Positions 26,226 to 36,607 of a stretch of DNA of 64,000 bases are shown here, piece by piece. Below the pieces are notes generated by a model. That model searched no databases, was not told the DNA's origin, and saw only the letters and a program-made list of their open reading frames with translations. The DNA is taken from assembly GCA_963730345.1 (NCBI GenBank), contig CAVSRP010000037.1, positions 46,038 to 110,037 of the forward strand. Direction: 5' to 3'. The number at the start of each line of letters is the position of its first letter. Within the stretch, counting starts at the first letter, position 1. Both the position numbers and the translations under genes were made by a program. Source of the stretch: an uncultured Acidimicrobiaceae bacterium (GTDB lineage Bacteria; Actinomycetota; Acidimicrobiia; Acidimicrobiales; Salinilacustritrichaceae).

Positions 26226-27518
26226 ATGAGCGATGCCTCGCAGTACGGCTTCGACACCAAGCTGCTCCATGCCGGAACGCCCCCGGATCCCGCGACCGGT
26301 GCCGTGCAGACGCCGATCTACCAGTCGACGTCGTTCGTGTTCCAGGACGCCGACCACGCCGCCCGTCTGTTCAACCTCGAAGAGGTGGGCTTCATCTACT
26401 CCCGCCTCACCAACCCGACGGTGTGGAACCTGCAGAATCGCGTCGCCGCGCTCGAGGGCGGTGCCGGTGCGGTGGCGTGCTCGTCGGGCCATGCGGCGCA
26501 GCTCATCGCCTTGTTCCCGCTCATGGGCCCAGGCCGCAACATCGTGGTTTCGACCCGGCTCTACGGCGGGTCGATCACCCAGTTCTCCCAGACCATCAAG
26601 CGCTTCGGTTGGTCGGCGACGTTCGTCGATCTCGACGACACCGACGCCATCGAGGCCGCCATCGACGACGACACCCGGGCCATCTTCTGCGAGTCCATCG
26701 CCAATCCGGGTGGTTATGTGACGGACCTGCCGGTCATCGCCGGTATCGCCGACGCCCACGGCATTCCCCTCATCGTCGACAACACGTCGGCCACGCCGTA
26801 CCTGTGCCGCCCGATCGAGCACGGCGCCACGCTGGTGGTGAACTCCACCACCAAGTACCTCACCGGCAACGGCACGGTCACGGGCGGCGTGGTGGTCGAC
26901 TCCGGCCAGTTCGACTGGATGGCCTCGGACAAGTTCCCGTCGCTGTCGCAGCCCGAGCCCGCCTACCACGGCCTGGTGTTCGCCGAGGCGCTGGGACCGA
27001 TGGCGTTCACGTTCCACGGCATCGCGGTGGGTCTGCGCGATCTCGGCATGACCATGAACCCCCAGGGCGCCCACTACACGCTGCTCGGGATCGAGACCCT
27101 GAGCCTGCGCATGCGCAAGCACGTCGACAACGCGGTGGAGGTGGCCACCTGGCTCGAGAACGACGACCGGGTCGAGTCCGTCACCTACGCCGGCCTCCCG
27201 TCGTCGCCGTACCGGGAACGGGCCGAGCGTCTGCTCCCCAACGGGGCCGGGGCACTGTTCACCTTCGCCGTCAAGGGGGGCTACGACGCGTGCGTGAAGC
27301 TGGTCGACTCCCTCGAACTGTTCCTCCACGTGGCCAACCTGGGCGACACCCGTTCGCTGGTGATCCACCCGGCGTCGACCACCCACCGCCAGCTCGGACC
27401 GGACCAGCTCGAGGCGGCCGGCGCCGGACCCAACGTGGTGCGACTGTCGATCGGCATCGAGGATCCTGCCGACCTGATCGCCGATCTGGACCAGGCACTC
27501 ACCCAGGCCACCAGCTGA
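26226..27518 (+). CDS. metY: O-acetylhomoserine sulfhydrylase (aminocarboxypropyltransferase), PLP-dependent
   Basis: FDTKLLHAGTPPDPATGAVQTPIYQSTSFVF and NSTTKYLTGNG (PLP lysine) motifs; 430 aa. AGGAAAGG sits about 10 nt upstream of the ATG. Confidence 0.85.
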   Translation: MSDASQYGFDTKLLHAGTPPDPATGAVQTPIYQSTSFVFQDADHAARLFNLEEVGFIYSRLTNPTVWNLQNRVAALEGGAGAVACSSGHAAQLIALFPLMGPGRNIVVSTRLYGGSITQFSQTIKRFGWSATFVDLDDTDAIEAAIDDDTRAIFCESIANPGGYVTDLPVIAGIADAHGIPLIVDNTSATPYLCRPIEHGATLVVNSTTKYLTGNGTVTGGVVVDSGQFDWMASDKFPSLSQPEPAYHGLVFAEALGPMAFTFHGIAVGLRDLGMTMNPQGAHYTLLGIETLSLRMRKHVDNAVEVATWLENDDRVESVTYAGLPSSPYRERAERLLPNGAGALFTFAVKGGYDACVKLVDSLELFLHVANLGDTRSLVIHPASTTHRQLGPDQLEAAGAGPNVVRLSIGIEDPADLIADLDQALTQATS

Positions 27519-27526
27519 TCGGCCGC

Positions 27527-28477
27527 TCAGATCGCGGTGGCCGCCAGCGCGTCGCGGCGGAGGCGCCGCTCGTTGCCGATGGCATCCGTCGCCAGTACCG
27601 ACAACGCGATCCACACCAGCACGAAGCCCACCAGCCGCTCGGGCGGGAGGGCCTCGTCGAGGATGGCGACGCCGCAGATCAGCTGCATGGTCGGCGTGAG
27701 GTACTGGAGCAGTCCGAGCATCGACAGTGGGATGCGGGTGGCGGCGGTGGCGAACAGCAGCAGCGGCACGGCAGTGACGATGCCGAGACCGGCGAGAAGC
27801 AGGTCGCGGCCACCGCTCCCGTGACCGAAGGCCAGATCCCCGCCCACCCCCATGGCGACGAGCCCCCCGAGCGCGACGGGGCACAGGACGGCCGTCTCCA
27901 CCGCGAGCGACGGCAACGCGGCCACGTCGGCTGATTTCTTGAGGTACCCGTACGAGGCGAACGAGCAGGCCAGCACGAGGGCGATCCAGGGAACAGTCGC
28001 GTTGGCGACGGTGAGGACCACGACCGCGGCCGCGCCGAACCCGAGCGCGATCCGTTGCGCCCGTCGGAGCTGCTCCCCGAGGACGAGCACCCCGATCGCC
28101 ACCGTGATCAGCGGGTTCACGTAGTAGCCGAGGGCGGCGTCGACCACGTGCCCGTTGGTCACCGCCCAGATGTAGGTCAGCCAGTTGGCCGAGATGAACA
28201 ACGCGGCCAAGACCAGGATGCGGGCGGTGCGGTGATCGCGGAACACGGCGCGCAGCTCACCGAAGCGACGCTGCACGGCGAGGAGCACCAGCACCACCAC
28301 CAGGGACCACACGATCCGGTGGAAGAGGATCTCGACGGCCGACACGTCGTCGAGCAGGTGGAACACCAGCGGGAACACGCCCCAGAGCCCGTAGGCGGCC
28401 ACACCGGCGACCATCCCGGTGCGGTGGCGTTGCTGGCTGTCTCCACCGTGGGCCTCGGTGGACCGGGTGGTCGCCAC
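27527..28477 (-). CDS. rarD: EamA/DMT-family transporter, RarD-like
   Basis: 10-TM profile. GVAAYGLWGVFPLVFHLL resembles the RarD signature. Confidence 0.7.
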   Translation of the reverse strand: MATTRSTEAHGGDSQQRHRTGMVAGVAAYGLWGVFPLVFHLLDDVSAVEILFHRIVWSLVVVLVLLAVQRRFGELRAVFRDHRTARILVLAALFISANWLTYIWAVTNGHVVDAALGYYVNPLITVAIGVLVLGEQLRRAQRIALGFGAAAVVVLTVANATVPWIALVLACSFASYGYLKKSADVAALPSLAVETAVLCPVALGGLVAMGVGGDLAFGHGSGGRDLLLAGLGIVTAVPLLLFATAATRIPLSMLGLLQYLTPTMQLICGVAILDEALPPERLVGFVLVWIALSVLATDAIGNERRLRRDALAATAI

Positions 28478-28481
28478 TGTC

Positions 28482-30278
28482 CTAGTCGTCGAGGCGCAGC
28501 GCGGAGACGAACGCCTCCTGCGGCACCTCGACCCGGCCGATGTTCTTGGCCTTCTTCTTGCCTTCCTTCTGCTTCTCGAGCAGCTTGCGCTTGCGGGTGA
28601 TGTCGCCGCCGTAGCACTTGGCGAGGACGTCCTTGCGCTTGGCCTTGACCGTCTCGCGGGCGATGATCTTGCCGCCGATGGCAGCCTGGATCGGCACGTC
28701 GAACATCTGGCGTGGGATCAGCTCCTTGAGCTTCTCGGCCATGCGACGCCCGTACTCCTGGGCGCCGTCGCGGTGCACGATGGTGGAGAAGGCGTCGGCG
28801 GCGACGCCGTTGAGCAGCACATCGACCTTGACCAGGTTGGCCCGCTCGTAGCCGATGAGCTCGTAGTCGAGACTGGCGTAGCCCTGGGTGCGAGACTTGA
28901 GCTGGTCGAAGAAGTCGCGCACCACCTCGGCCAGCGGGATCTTGTAGGTGATCTCGAGCCGCTCGGGCGAGAGGTACTCGAGCCGGGTCTGCTCGCCCCG
29001 ACGACGCTCGCACAACTCGATGATCGGTCCGACGTACTCGGCCGGAGTCAGGATCGAGATCTGGAACATCGGCTCCTCGATCCAGTCGATCTCGGTCGGC
29101 TCGGGTAGCGCGGACGGATTGTCGACCTCGACCCGCTCCCCCGCGGTGGTCACGACCTCGTAGGCGACGGAGGGTGCGGTGATGATCAGGTTGAGGTCGA
29201 ACTCGCGGGCCAGGCGCTCCCGGATGATCTCCATGTGGAGCATGCCGAGGAAGCCGCACCGGAAGCCGAACCCGAGCGCCTGGGAGGTCTCGGGCTCGTA
29301 GGTGAACGAACCGTCGTTGAGGCGCAGCTTCTCGAGGCTGTCCCGGAGGTCGGAGTACTCGTCGCCGTCGACGGGGTACAACCCGGCGAACACCATGGGC
29401 TTGGGATCCTGGTACCCGGCCAGGGCCTCGGTCGCGCCACGGGTCACGGTGGTGACCGTCTCGCCCGATCGGGCTTCGGCCACATCCTTGATGCCAGCGA
29501 TCAGGTAGCCGGTCTCGCCCGGACCAAGGGCCTCCACCGGGGTCGGGACCGGGGCCCGGATGCCGATCTCGTCGGCGTCGTAGGTGGCCCGGGCCTGCAT
29601 GAATCGCAGCTTGTCGCCCGTACGCATGGTGCCGTCCATCACCCGCACCGACGACACCACTCCGCGATAGACGTCGTAGTGCGAATCGAAGATCAGCGCT
29701 CGCAGCGGCGCGTCGCGGTCCCCGACCGGCGGCGGGATGCGCTCGATGATGGCGTCGAGGAGCTCGGTGACGCCGTCGCCGGTCTTGCCCGACACGTGGA
29801 GGATCTCGGCGGCATCGAGGCCCAGCACCTGCTCGATCTCCTCGGCCACCCGTTCTGGCTCGGCCGCCGGGAGGTCGATCTTGTTGAGCACCCCGATGAT
29901 CTCGAGATCGTGGTCGAGCGCCTGATAACAGTTGGCCAGCGTCTGGGCCTCGATGCCCTGCGATGCGTCGACCAGCAGGACCACGCCCTCGCAGGCGGCG
30001 AGTGATCGCGAGACCTCGTAGCCGAAGTCGACGTGTCCGGGGGTGTCGATCAGGTTGATGACGTGGTCGCGCCACTGCAGCCGCACCGACTGCAGCTTGA
30101 TGGTGATGCCGCGCTCGCGCTCGATGTCCATCGAGTCGAGGAACTGCTCCTTCATGTCCCGCGCCTCGACCGCGCCCGTGATCTCGAGCAACCGGTCCGA
30201 CAGCGTGGTCTTCCCGTGATCGATGTGGGCGATGATGGCGATGTTGCGGATGCGGTCGAGGGGGATCTGGGACGTCAT
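28482..30278 (-). CDS. lepA: Translation elongation factor 4
   Basis: [34 protein letters not shown], and the LepA-specific C-terminal domain; 598 aa. Confidence 0.97.
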   Translation of the reverse strand: MTSQIPLDRIRNIAIIAHIDHGKTTLSDRLLEITGAVEARDMKEQFLDSMDIERERGITIKLQSVRLQWRDHVINLIDTPGHVDFGYEVSRSLAACEGVVLLVDASQGIEAQTLANCYQALDHDLEIIGVLNKIDLPAAEPERVAEEIEQVLGLDAAEILHVSGKTGDGVTELLDAIIERIPPPVGDRDAPLRALIFDSHYDVYRGVVSSVRVMDGTMRTGDKLRFMQARATYDADEIGIRAPVPTPVEALGPGETGYLIAGIKDVAEARSGETVTTVTRGATEALAGYQDPKPMVFAGLYPVDGDEYSDLRDSLEKLRLNDGSFTYEPETSQALGFGFRCGFLGMLHMEIIRERLAREFDLNLIITAPSVAYEVVTTAGERVEVDNPSALPEPTEIDWIEEPMFQISILTPAEYVGPIIELCERRRGEQTRLEYLSPERLEITYKIPLAEVVRDFFDQLKSRTQGYASLDYELIGYERANLVKVDVLLNGVAADAFSTIVHRDGAQEYGRRMAEKLKELIPRQMFDVPIQAAIGGKIIARETVKAKRKDVLAKCYGGDITRKRKLLEKQKEGKKKAKNIGRVEVPQEAFVSALRLDD

Positions 30279-30293
30279 GGGCAGACCACGACG

Positions 30294-31199
30294 CTACCGA
30301 CCGATCCCGTCGACGAACGCACCGATGAGCGCGCCGACCACGTCGGGCGCCTGTTCGTGGGCGGCGTGTCCCACGTCGTCGAGGAGGTGGAGCTCGGCGC
30401 CGAGCCGCTCGGCCACGGTCTCGTGCATCGCCCGGCTCACGATGCGATCGTCCGCACCCCCGACGACCAGGGCGGGGATGTCGATTGCCGACAGCGACTC
30501 GAGCACCGCGGGAGGTTGCCAGTTCTGCGTGAGGTGGACGAGCGCCGATGCGGTTCCCGGACGGCGCAGGAGCCGGGCCGTCTCGGCCGCGGTGGCATCG
30601 GTCAGGGCTGATCGATGCCGCCCCATCGCCTTCAGCAGCGGTTCGGCGCCGAGCACGGCCACCCGCAGGGCTGCGACCCCGATCGGGCCCGCCCCGGGGA
30701 CGCCGGTGAGGACGCGGGCGAGTGGAGGCGGTGCCGCGTCGAGCGCCGGCGCGATGAGGACCAGGCCCCGGGCGCCGACGTGACCGCCGGCAACCAGCTG
30801 TGCCGCGAGCACGGCGCCGGCCGAGTGCCCGACGAGCACCGGCCCCAGCCGATCCGACGATTCGCCCGCGACCCGACCCAGGATCTCGATGCTGCGCCGG
30901 ATCTCGGCCGCGAGCGAATACGGATCGTCCGGGCCGGTGACCGGTGCCGGCCGACCGCTGCGCCCGAACGGCGGCCGGTCCCAGGCCACGATCCGATGGC
31001 GCTCGCTCCACTGCCTGGCCACCCTCACCCAGGTGAAGGTGCCCGACGCGAAACCATGGAAGGCGGCAAGGAGCGGAGCATCGTGCGGACCGGCGGTCTC
31101 GACATGGATGTCGACTCCGTCCACGCGCCGGCTGCTGCGGTCGCCCCAGACGAGATCCATGCGTCGAGCCATCGTCCGTAGTGTGCACGCCGTTGCCAC
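30294..31199 (-). CDS. Alpha/beta hydrolase
   Basis: HGFASG oxyanion region, VGHSAGA nucleophile elbow, and a C-terminal GHAAHEQ. The start may instead be ATG at 31172. Confidence 0.8.
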   Translation of the reverse strand: MATACTLRTMARRMDLVWGDRSSRRVDGVDIHVETAGPHDAPLLAAFHGFASGTFTWVRVARQWSERHRIVAWDRPPFGRSGRPAPVTGPDDPYSLAAEIRRSIEILGRVAGESSDRLGPVLVGHSAGAVLAAQLVAGGHVGARGLVLIAPALDAAPPPLARVLTGVPGAGPIGVAALRVAVLGAEPLLKAMGRHRSALTDATAAETARLLRRPGTASALVHLTQNWQPPAVLESLSAIDIPALVVGGADDRIVSRAMHETVAERLGAELHLLDDVGHAAHEQAPDVVGALIGAFVDGIGR

Positions 31200-31301
31200 A
31201 CGATTGACGCGAACCGAGCCGGAGACGCTACCGTTTGCAGTTCTGTGTCCGCTGCCGCGGGCGCGTTCTCCGAACTCCTACACGCAGCCGCAGAGGTCGA
31301 C

Positions 31302-31580
31302 GTGGCCAACATCAAGAGCCAGATCAAGCGCAATCGCCAGAACGAGCGAGCCCGCCTCCGCAACCGGGGGGTCCGCTCCGAGATCCACACCCGCACCCGG
31401 GCCGCCGTCGCCGCGGCCGAGAACGGCGAGGATTCCGCCGAGGCGCTGGCCGCCGCCATCCGCCGCATCGACACGGCCGCCAGCAAGGGCGTGCTCCACA
31501 AGAACACCGCCGCCCGGCAGAAGTCCCGTCTGATCAAGCGCATCCGCCGCATCGAGGCCGAGGCGACCGCGACCGACTGA
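31302..31580 (+). CDS. rpsT: 30S ribosomal protein S20
   Basis: VANIKSQIKRNRQNERARLRN...KGVLHKNTAARQKSRL. GTG at 31302 is preceded by GAGG. Confidence 0.93.
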   Translation: MANIKSQIKRNRQNERARLRNRGVRSEIHTRTRAAVAAAENGEDSAEALAAAIRRIDTAASKGVLHKNTAARQKSRLIKRIRRIEAEATATD

Positions 31581-31621
31581 TCGGCCGCGGCCCCTGGCTC
31601 CGGCCCCCGGATTGCGCCTCT

Positions 31622-31643
31622 CGACCCCGCTCCGGCGGGGTCG
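31622..31643. terminator. GC-rich hairpin between convergent rpsT and holA (candidate bidirectional terminator)
   Basis: cgaccccgc / tccg / gcggggtcg: a 9-bp perfect stem with only a weak T tract. Confidence 0.4.
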
Positions 31644-31655
31644 TGTCGCGTCTGG

Positions 31656-32621
31656 TCAGCGAGCCGCCCGGGCGACCCTGGCCAGCCGGGCCACCAGCAC
31701 CTCCAGCACCAGCGCGTTGGGCCAGTCGACTGTCCCGCGGAGGTCGATGTCGGCCCGGTGCAGGAGCGAGATCGACTGGCGCGCCCGGTCCGATCCGAGC
31801 TTGCGGGCCTGGGTGAGCGCCTTCTTGGCCGGGAAGGTGGACCCCTTCAACCCCAGGATCGCCGCCGCTTCCTTTTCACCACCGATGGCGGGCCCGTCGA
31901 GGCGAAGGATCCGCTGGAAGTGGGTGTGAAGGGTGGCCATCACCTGGAGGGGATGGCGGCCGGCGCCCAGCATCCGGGTGAGGGCAGTGATCGAGCCGGA
32001 GATGTCGCCTCGATCGATGGCATCGGTGAGATCCCAGGGCGGAACTCCCCCGGCGTCGCCCAGGAAGGGCTCGATGTCGGCGGCCGTGATGCGGGCGCCC
32101 TCGCCGTAGGTCGAGGTCAACACCGCGATCAGCCCGGGGAGCTTGCCCCCGTCGTCGCCGAGCCAGTCGACGATCAGCCGGGTTCCTTCCCGATCGGGAC
32201 GAACTCCGGCGTCGGCGAGCTGCTGGGCCGCCCAATCGCCGATCTTGCGACCCGGACCCGTGCTGTGGATCTCCCCGCCGGCGCCCTCGACTGCCTCCTT
32301 GACCGCCTTCGGCACCCGGGCACCGGCCCATTCGAGAACCAGGACGGTGGTGTCGAGCGGATCGGCGAGATAGCCGGCGAGGAGGGCGTGGTCGTCCTTG
32401 CCGAACCGGCCCATGTTGCGCCCCACGACGATGCGCTTGTCGGTGAGGAACGGCGGCGTCTGGGCCGCGTCGATCAGCTCGCGCATCTCGTAGTCGTCGC
32501 CAGCGAGCTCGGCGATGCACAGGCTCGGATCGTCGGTGCCGACGAGCTCGGCGATCAGCGAGGTCCGGGCCGAGGAGAGCAGGATCTCGTCCCCGCCGCT
32601 GAGCACGTGAGCCGGGCTCAT
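31656..32621 (-). CDS. holA: DNA polymerase III delta subunit
   Basis: 321 aa with ATG at 32621 overlapping the upstream stop (ATGA). The conserved rpsT / holA / comEC / comEA synteny and delta-like sequence (PPFLTDKRIVV; C-terminal helical domain) support the call. Confidence 0.8.
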   Translation of the reverse strand: MSPAHVLSGGDEILLSSARTSLIAELVGTDDPSLCIAELAGDDYEMRELIDAAQTPPFLTDKRIVVGRNMGRFGKDDHALLAGYLADPLDTTVLVLEWAGARVPKAVKEAVEGAGGEIHSTGPGRKIGDWAAQQLADAGVRPDREGTRLIVDWLGDDGGKLPGLIAVLTSTYGEGARITAADIEPFLGDAGGVPPWDLTDAIDRGDISGSITALTRMLGAGRHPLQVMATLHTHFQRILRLDGPAIGGEKEAAAILGLKGSTFPAKKALTQARKLGSDRARQSISLLHRADIDLRGTVDWPNALVLEVLVARLARVARAAR

Positions 32622-33487
32622 GCGGAGCCTGCCGTCCCGATCGGCGTCGGCAGCTCGTCGCGCGCCTGCAGCACCCGGGCCATCACGTCGGCGACCCGGC
32701 GCGCCGCCCGTACGTCGTGAGCTCGCAGCACCCGGGCGCCTTGGGCGATGCCCAGCGCATGGGCCGCGTTCGTCCCGTGGAGCCGATCGTCGACCTCGGT
32801 TCCCAGCAGGTGTCCGATGAACCGCTTGTTCGAGGCCGACAGGAACAGTGGCCACCCGAGGCCGCTGAACCGGTCGTGGTGGCGGAGCAGCTCGAGTGAC
32901 TGCGCCTCGGTCTTGCCCAGGTCGAGGCCGGCATCGATCATGATCCGCGCCGCCGGTATGCCCGCGGCCTCGGCGGCGTGCGCCCGATCGACGAGGAACG
33001 CACCCACCTCGGCGACGACGTCGTCATAGGTGGGCTCGGGATCGGCGACCCGGGGCCGGAGCCGGATGTGGGTGGCGACGACGGAGGCACCGGCGCTCGC
33101 CGCCGCCGGGAGGTAGTCGGGATCGGCGAATCCCGAGATGTCATTGCCCACCACCGCGCCCTCGCGGTAGCAGGCCCGCGCCACCGACGCCCGCCAGGTG
33201 TCGATCGAGATCGGCAGGTCGAATCGGGCGTGGAGCGCGGCCACCGCCGGGACCACGCGGTCGAGCTCCTCGGCCTCGCTCACTTCGGGCCCGGGGCCGG
33301 CCTTGACCCCACCCACGTCGAGGAAGTCGGCGCCCGCATCGACCAGCGCCTCGGCCTTGCGGAGGAACTCGTCGAAGTCCCAGTACTGCCCACCATCGAA
33401 GAATGAGTCCGGAGTGCGATTGAGGATGCCCATCACGACGGCCCGGTAGGTGATGTCAAAGTGGTGGGGGCCGAGCGCCAAGAGCAC
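32618..33487 (-). CDS. folP: Dihydropteroate synthase-family (pterin-binding) protein with a divergent loop 2
   Basis: MGILNRTPDSFFDGG, ISIDT, NDISG, SASNKRF and GTNAAHALGIAQGARVLRAHDV all match DHPS. The canonical GGESTRPG is replaced by GGVKAGPG. Confidence 0.75.
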   Translation of the reverse strand: MLLALGPHHFDITYRAVVMGILNRTPDSFFDGGQYWDFDEFLRKAEALVDAGADFLDVGGVKAGPGPEVSEAEELDRVVPAVAALHARFDLPISIDTWRASVARACYREGAVVGNDISGFADPDYLPAAASAGASVVATHIRLRPRVADPEPTYDDVVAEVGAFLVDRAHAAEAAGIPAARIMIDAGLDLGKTEAQSLELLRHHDRFSGLGWPLFLSASNKRFIGHLLGTEVDDRLHGTNAAHALGIAQGARVLRAHDVRAARRVADVMARVLQARDELPTPIGTAGSA

Positions 33488-35339
33488 CCGCTGAACCTAC
33501 CGCCGGCACCGTCCCGGCGAGACCTGCCGCACCGGCTGCCGCCTCGCCCGCCGAGGCCCAGCCGACCCGAACCCGCATCGGGGGCCCGGGCCGTTCGACC
33601 ACGACGACGAAGCGGCCGACCCGGGCTCGAAACCCCGCCGGCGGCACCACGAGATCGACGACGTCGAGGCCGGGCGGCCCGATGACCGCTCCCACCGGAA
33701 AGCGAGACTCGAGGGCGTCGAGCACCGCGCCGGCCGACGAGCGGCTCGACCGCAGGACCACCAGCCCGACCGCAGTGGCGTGCACCGACCGCAGGCCGCT
33801 CACCACATCGACCGGTGACGCCCGCGGCCCGACGTCGACCACCGCCACCGGGCCATCGACCCAGATGGTGGCGTCGTAGCCGGCCGCGTGCGCGCCGAGC
33901 GGCACGGGCGTGATGACGGGCGCCACGACGGCCGCGGCGACCAGCGTCGCGGCGCAGACCCGGCCCCACCGACCCAGACGGACGAGACCGGCCGCCAGTC
34001 CGACGATCGCCAGATGGCGGAGGTCCACGTGACCCAGGGGAAGCGATGCGCCGAGGGCCGCGACCCGTTCCAGCGCGGCGAGGGCGACGCCGCTCGGCAG
34101 GTGGAGCAGACGGGCACCCGTGCCTCCCACAACGCCTGCGACCGTGCCCGCCGCCAGACCCCACACCATGAGCGCGCCCGCAATGGGACCGGCCGCCACG
34201 TTGGCGGGCAGAGAGGCCAACGGCATCGGACCGAGCACGGGGACCAGCACGGGCGCCACCGCGAGCTGGGCACCGACCGTGACCCCGAGCCCGTCGCGGA
34301 ACCACCGCGGACCCGGCAACCGATCGGCGATCCGATGGGAGATGACGACCACACCGGCGGAGGCCGCCACCGACAGGCGGAACCCCAGGGAGTGGACCAG
34401 GAGCGGATCGACCGCCAGCAGGAGACCCACCGCGATGCACAGGTGCCGGACCCCACCGCTGGGTCGGCCGGTCGTGCGCGCGAACAACGCCACTGCGGCA
34501 ACGAACGCGGCCCGGAGCACGGAGGGTTCGAATCGGGTGACCAGTGCGAACGCGGTGACCACCCCGACGGCGACGACGAACCGCGGCCAGATCCGCAGAC
34601 GCTGCAGCATCGGGCCCACCACGACCAGCACGAAGGCCACGTTCTCTCCCGACACGGCCAACAGGTGGGTCAGCCCCGATGCCCGGAAATCGGCGGTGAG
34701 CTGGGGCGGTTCGGCCCGGTCGTCGCCGAGGACGAGACCGGACAGCAGCGCGCGGTGCCCGGCGGGCAAGGACGATGCTCCACGGTCGAGCAGGCGTCGA
34801 AACCGGTTGGCGATGGTGGCCGGCACGGAGCCGTCGCCGACCGCCGAGACCGACTCGACGACGAGCCGGCCCGCGAGATGGCGCGACATGGTCCACTCGG
34901 TGGTGTGGGCGAACGCGCTGGTCGAGCCGGCGAGCCGTGCTCGGTCACCGGCCAGCCGGGCCGACAGCGTGGCAGTGGCCTGGGCGGAACGAACCTCGAC
35001 GAGGAGCCGGCCGCGCTCGGTGTCGGCCTCGAATCGCAGCCGGCCATCGGCGGTGGACTCCGGGTCGGTGAGCATCGTCACCACCCCCTGGAACGGGGCA
35101 TCAGGCGGCGGGTGGAGGCCGACGTGGGCCCGGTGGGAGAGCAGCCCGGTGAGCAGCAGCAATCCGAGGCACAGCGCGACCGGGCGTCGGACGACCACGG
35201 CCGCGACCACCAGGGGGACGACGATCCACACCGGGAGCGCCCACGCCAGCACCGCACCGAGCCAGGCCCCGGACGCAGCTGCCACCATCGACCGATCAGA
35301 CACGGACCAGGTCCCGGATCTGCGCCAGCTTGGCTTCAC
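33456..35339 (-). CDS. comEC: ComEC/Rec2-family DNA internalisation channel protein
   Basis: Large polytopic membrane ORF downstream of comEA, carrying a competence-domain-like core (GLTHLLAVSGENVAFV). The start may be ATG at 35288, 8 nt after the comEA stop. Confidence 0.8.
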   Translation of the reverse strand: MKPSWRRSGTWSVSDRSMVAAASGAWLGAVLAWALPVWIVVPLVVAAVVVRRPVALCLGLLLLTGLLSHRAHVGLHPPPDAPFQGVVTMLTDPESTADGRLRFEADTERGRLLVEVRSAQATATLSARLAGDRARLAGSTSAFAHTTEWTMSRHLAGRLVVESVSAVGDGSVPATIANRFRRLLDRGASSLPAGHRALLSGLVLGDDRAEPPQLTADFRASGLTHLLAVSGENVAFVLVVVGPMLQRLRIWPRFVVAVGVVTAFALVTRFEPSVLRAAFVAAVALFARTTGRPSGGVRHLCIAVGLLLAVDPLLVHSLGFRLSVAASAGVVVISHRIADRLPGPRWFRDGLGVTVGAQLAVAPVLVPVLGPMPLASLPANVAAGPIAGALMVWGLAAGTVAGVVGGTGARLLHLPSGVALAALERVAALGASLPLGHVDLRHLAIVGLAAGLVRLGRWGRVCAATLVAAAVVAPVITPVPLGAHAAGYDATIWVDGPVAVVDVGPRASPVDVVSGLRSVHATAVGLVVLRSSRSSAGAVLDALESRFPVGAVIGPPGLDVVDLVVPPAGFRARVGRFVVVVERPGPPMRVRVGWASAGEAAAGAAGLAGTVPAVGSAGALGARPPPL

Positions 35340-36012
35340 CGATGCCGCGGACGTCGAGCAGCCCGTCGACCGACGCGAACGGGCCGTTCCGCTCCCGGTA
35401 GTCGATGATGGCCGCGGCCGTGGCCGGGCCTACCCCGGGGAGGGTCTCGAGCGCGGGTGCATCGGCCGTGTTCAGATCGACGGGTCCGCCGGCGGAGCCC
35501 GATGCACCCGACGAGGCGGGCGGCGCCGGTTCGCCCACCGCGGGGACGTAGACCTGGGTGCCGTCGACGAGCTCCGCTGCCAGGTTCACCCGGTCGGCGT
35601 CGGCGTCGAGCCGCAGCCCGCCGGCGGCCTCGATGGCGTCGATCACCCGAGAGCCGGCCGGGAGGCGTTGCACTCCCGGCGCCACCACCGCGCCCGCCAC
35701 GTGGACCACCACCGGACCGGCCGGCGCCGTGGTGGTGGTGACCGACGACGGTTCGACCAGCGGCAGGGCCGTATCGACGGGCACCGGCTCCTGCCGGGTC
35801 ATCCACCACAGCGCGCCGCCGGCCAGGCCGACCACCAGGCAACCGATGACGAAGGCCCGCCAGCCGGTGCCGGTGGTATCGAGCAAATCCTCGATGGAGG
35901 CCCGGACGCGGGTAACAGGCGACACCCGGAACCGGTCTCTTCCGGCGGTCCCCCCGACGGGGTCCGACGTGGTGGCCTCTGGCACGTGATCGACCACGTG
36001 ACCTCCTCCCAA
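35296..36012 (-). CDS. comEA: ComEA-family DNA-binding protein (TM anchor, SLBB-like region, helix-hairpin-helix)
   Basis: C-terminus VDLNTADAPALETLPGVGPATAAAIIDYRERNGPFASVDGLLDVRGIGEAKL. Confidence 0.88.
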   Translation of the reverse strand: MGGGHVVDHVPEATTSDPVGGTAGRDRFRVSPVTRVRASIEDLLDTTGTGWRAFVIGCLVVGLAGGALWWMTRQEPVPVDTALPLVEPSSVTTTTAPAGPVVVHVAGAVVAPGVQRLPAGSRVIDAIEAAGGLRLDADADRVNLAAELVDGTQVYVPAVGEPAPPASSGASGSAGGPVDLNTADAPALETLPGVGPATAAAIIDYRERNGPFASVDGLLDVRGIGEAKLAQIRDLVRV

Positions 36013-36064
36013 GCAGGCGTGCTCGAGACTCGGGGGAAGTCGATGCGATGGTATCGGGTGCAGG

Positions 36065-36607
36065 GTGGCGCCGATGCCGCGCGTCGCCTGCGAACATCTA
36101 CCGGTGCCTCGTCAGGGTCAGGAGCGCTCGCCGGCCGCGGTGTATGCCGCGCTGGCACCGGCCGTCCTCGGCTACTTCCGGTCGCATCGCATGCGGGATC
36201 CCGAAGGGCTCACCGGTGATGTCTTCGTGGCGGTGACCGAGAAGCTGGGTCGCTTCCGTGGCGACGACGATCAGCTCCGACGTTGGGTCTTCACCATCGC
36301 TCATCACCGCCGGGTCGACGAGATCCGCCGTTCCGCCCGCCGGCCCGAGGTGATCACCGACCGCCCGGAAGCGCCACCGACGCTCGATCCCGATCCGTTC
36401 GACCCCGCGCTGGTCGATGCGCTGGCGCACCTCACCCCAGAGCAGCGGGACGTGGTCGTGCTGCGCTTCGTCGCCGATCTGTCGATCGATGCCGTGGCCC
36501 GCGTGGTGGGCAAGCGGAGCGGGGCAGTCAAGATGCTCCAAGCGCGTGGCCTCGAGACGCTGGTCGGCGAACTGGGTACCGAACATCCCGATGACCGGCC
36601 CACGTGA
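36065..36607 (+). CDS. ECF-type RNA polymerase sigma factor
   Basis: Region 2 (RWVFTIAHHRRVDEIR) and region 4 (LTPEQRDVVVLRFVADLSIDAVARVVGKRSGAVKMLQARGLETL). Confidence 0.85.
   Translation: MAPMPRVACEHLPVPRQGQERSPAAVYAALAPAVLGYFRSHRMRDPEGLTGDVFVAVTEKLGRFRGDDDQLRRWVFTIAHHRRVDEIRRSARRPEVITDRPEAPPTLDPDPFDPALVDALAHLTPEQRDVVVLRFVADLSIDAVARVVGKRSGAVKMLQARGLETLVGELGTEHPDDRPT

Noticed and set aside
28177-31188. 1003-aa minus-strand ORF. Similar very long ORFs: 34120..36219 (+), 39617..41245 (-), 47958..50198 (+), 53137..55242 (+), 60252..61850 (-), 61908..63773 (-), 17732..19066 (+), 13178..14119 (-), 5821..6609 (-).
   Set aside because: These are Arg/Gly/Pro/His-rich translations with no recognisable motifs. 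They lie out of frame or antisense to genes with unmistakable family signatures (lepA, comEC, LLM oxidoreductase, the ABC genes, leuS, DAHP synthase, sulfite reductase and others). They are typical stop-poor shadow frames of a ~70% GC genome.
36013-36064. An ECF-type autoregulated promoter (GGAAC-N16-CGTT-like) upstream of the ECF sigma gene.
   Set aside because: Only a loose GGAAGT is present and there is no credible -10 partner at the right spacing. This is not enough to annotate.
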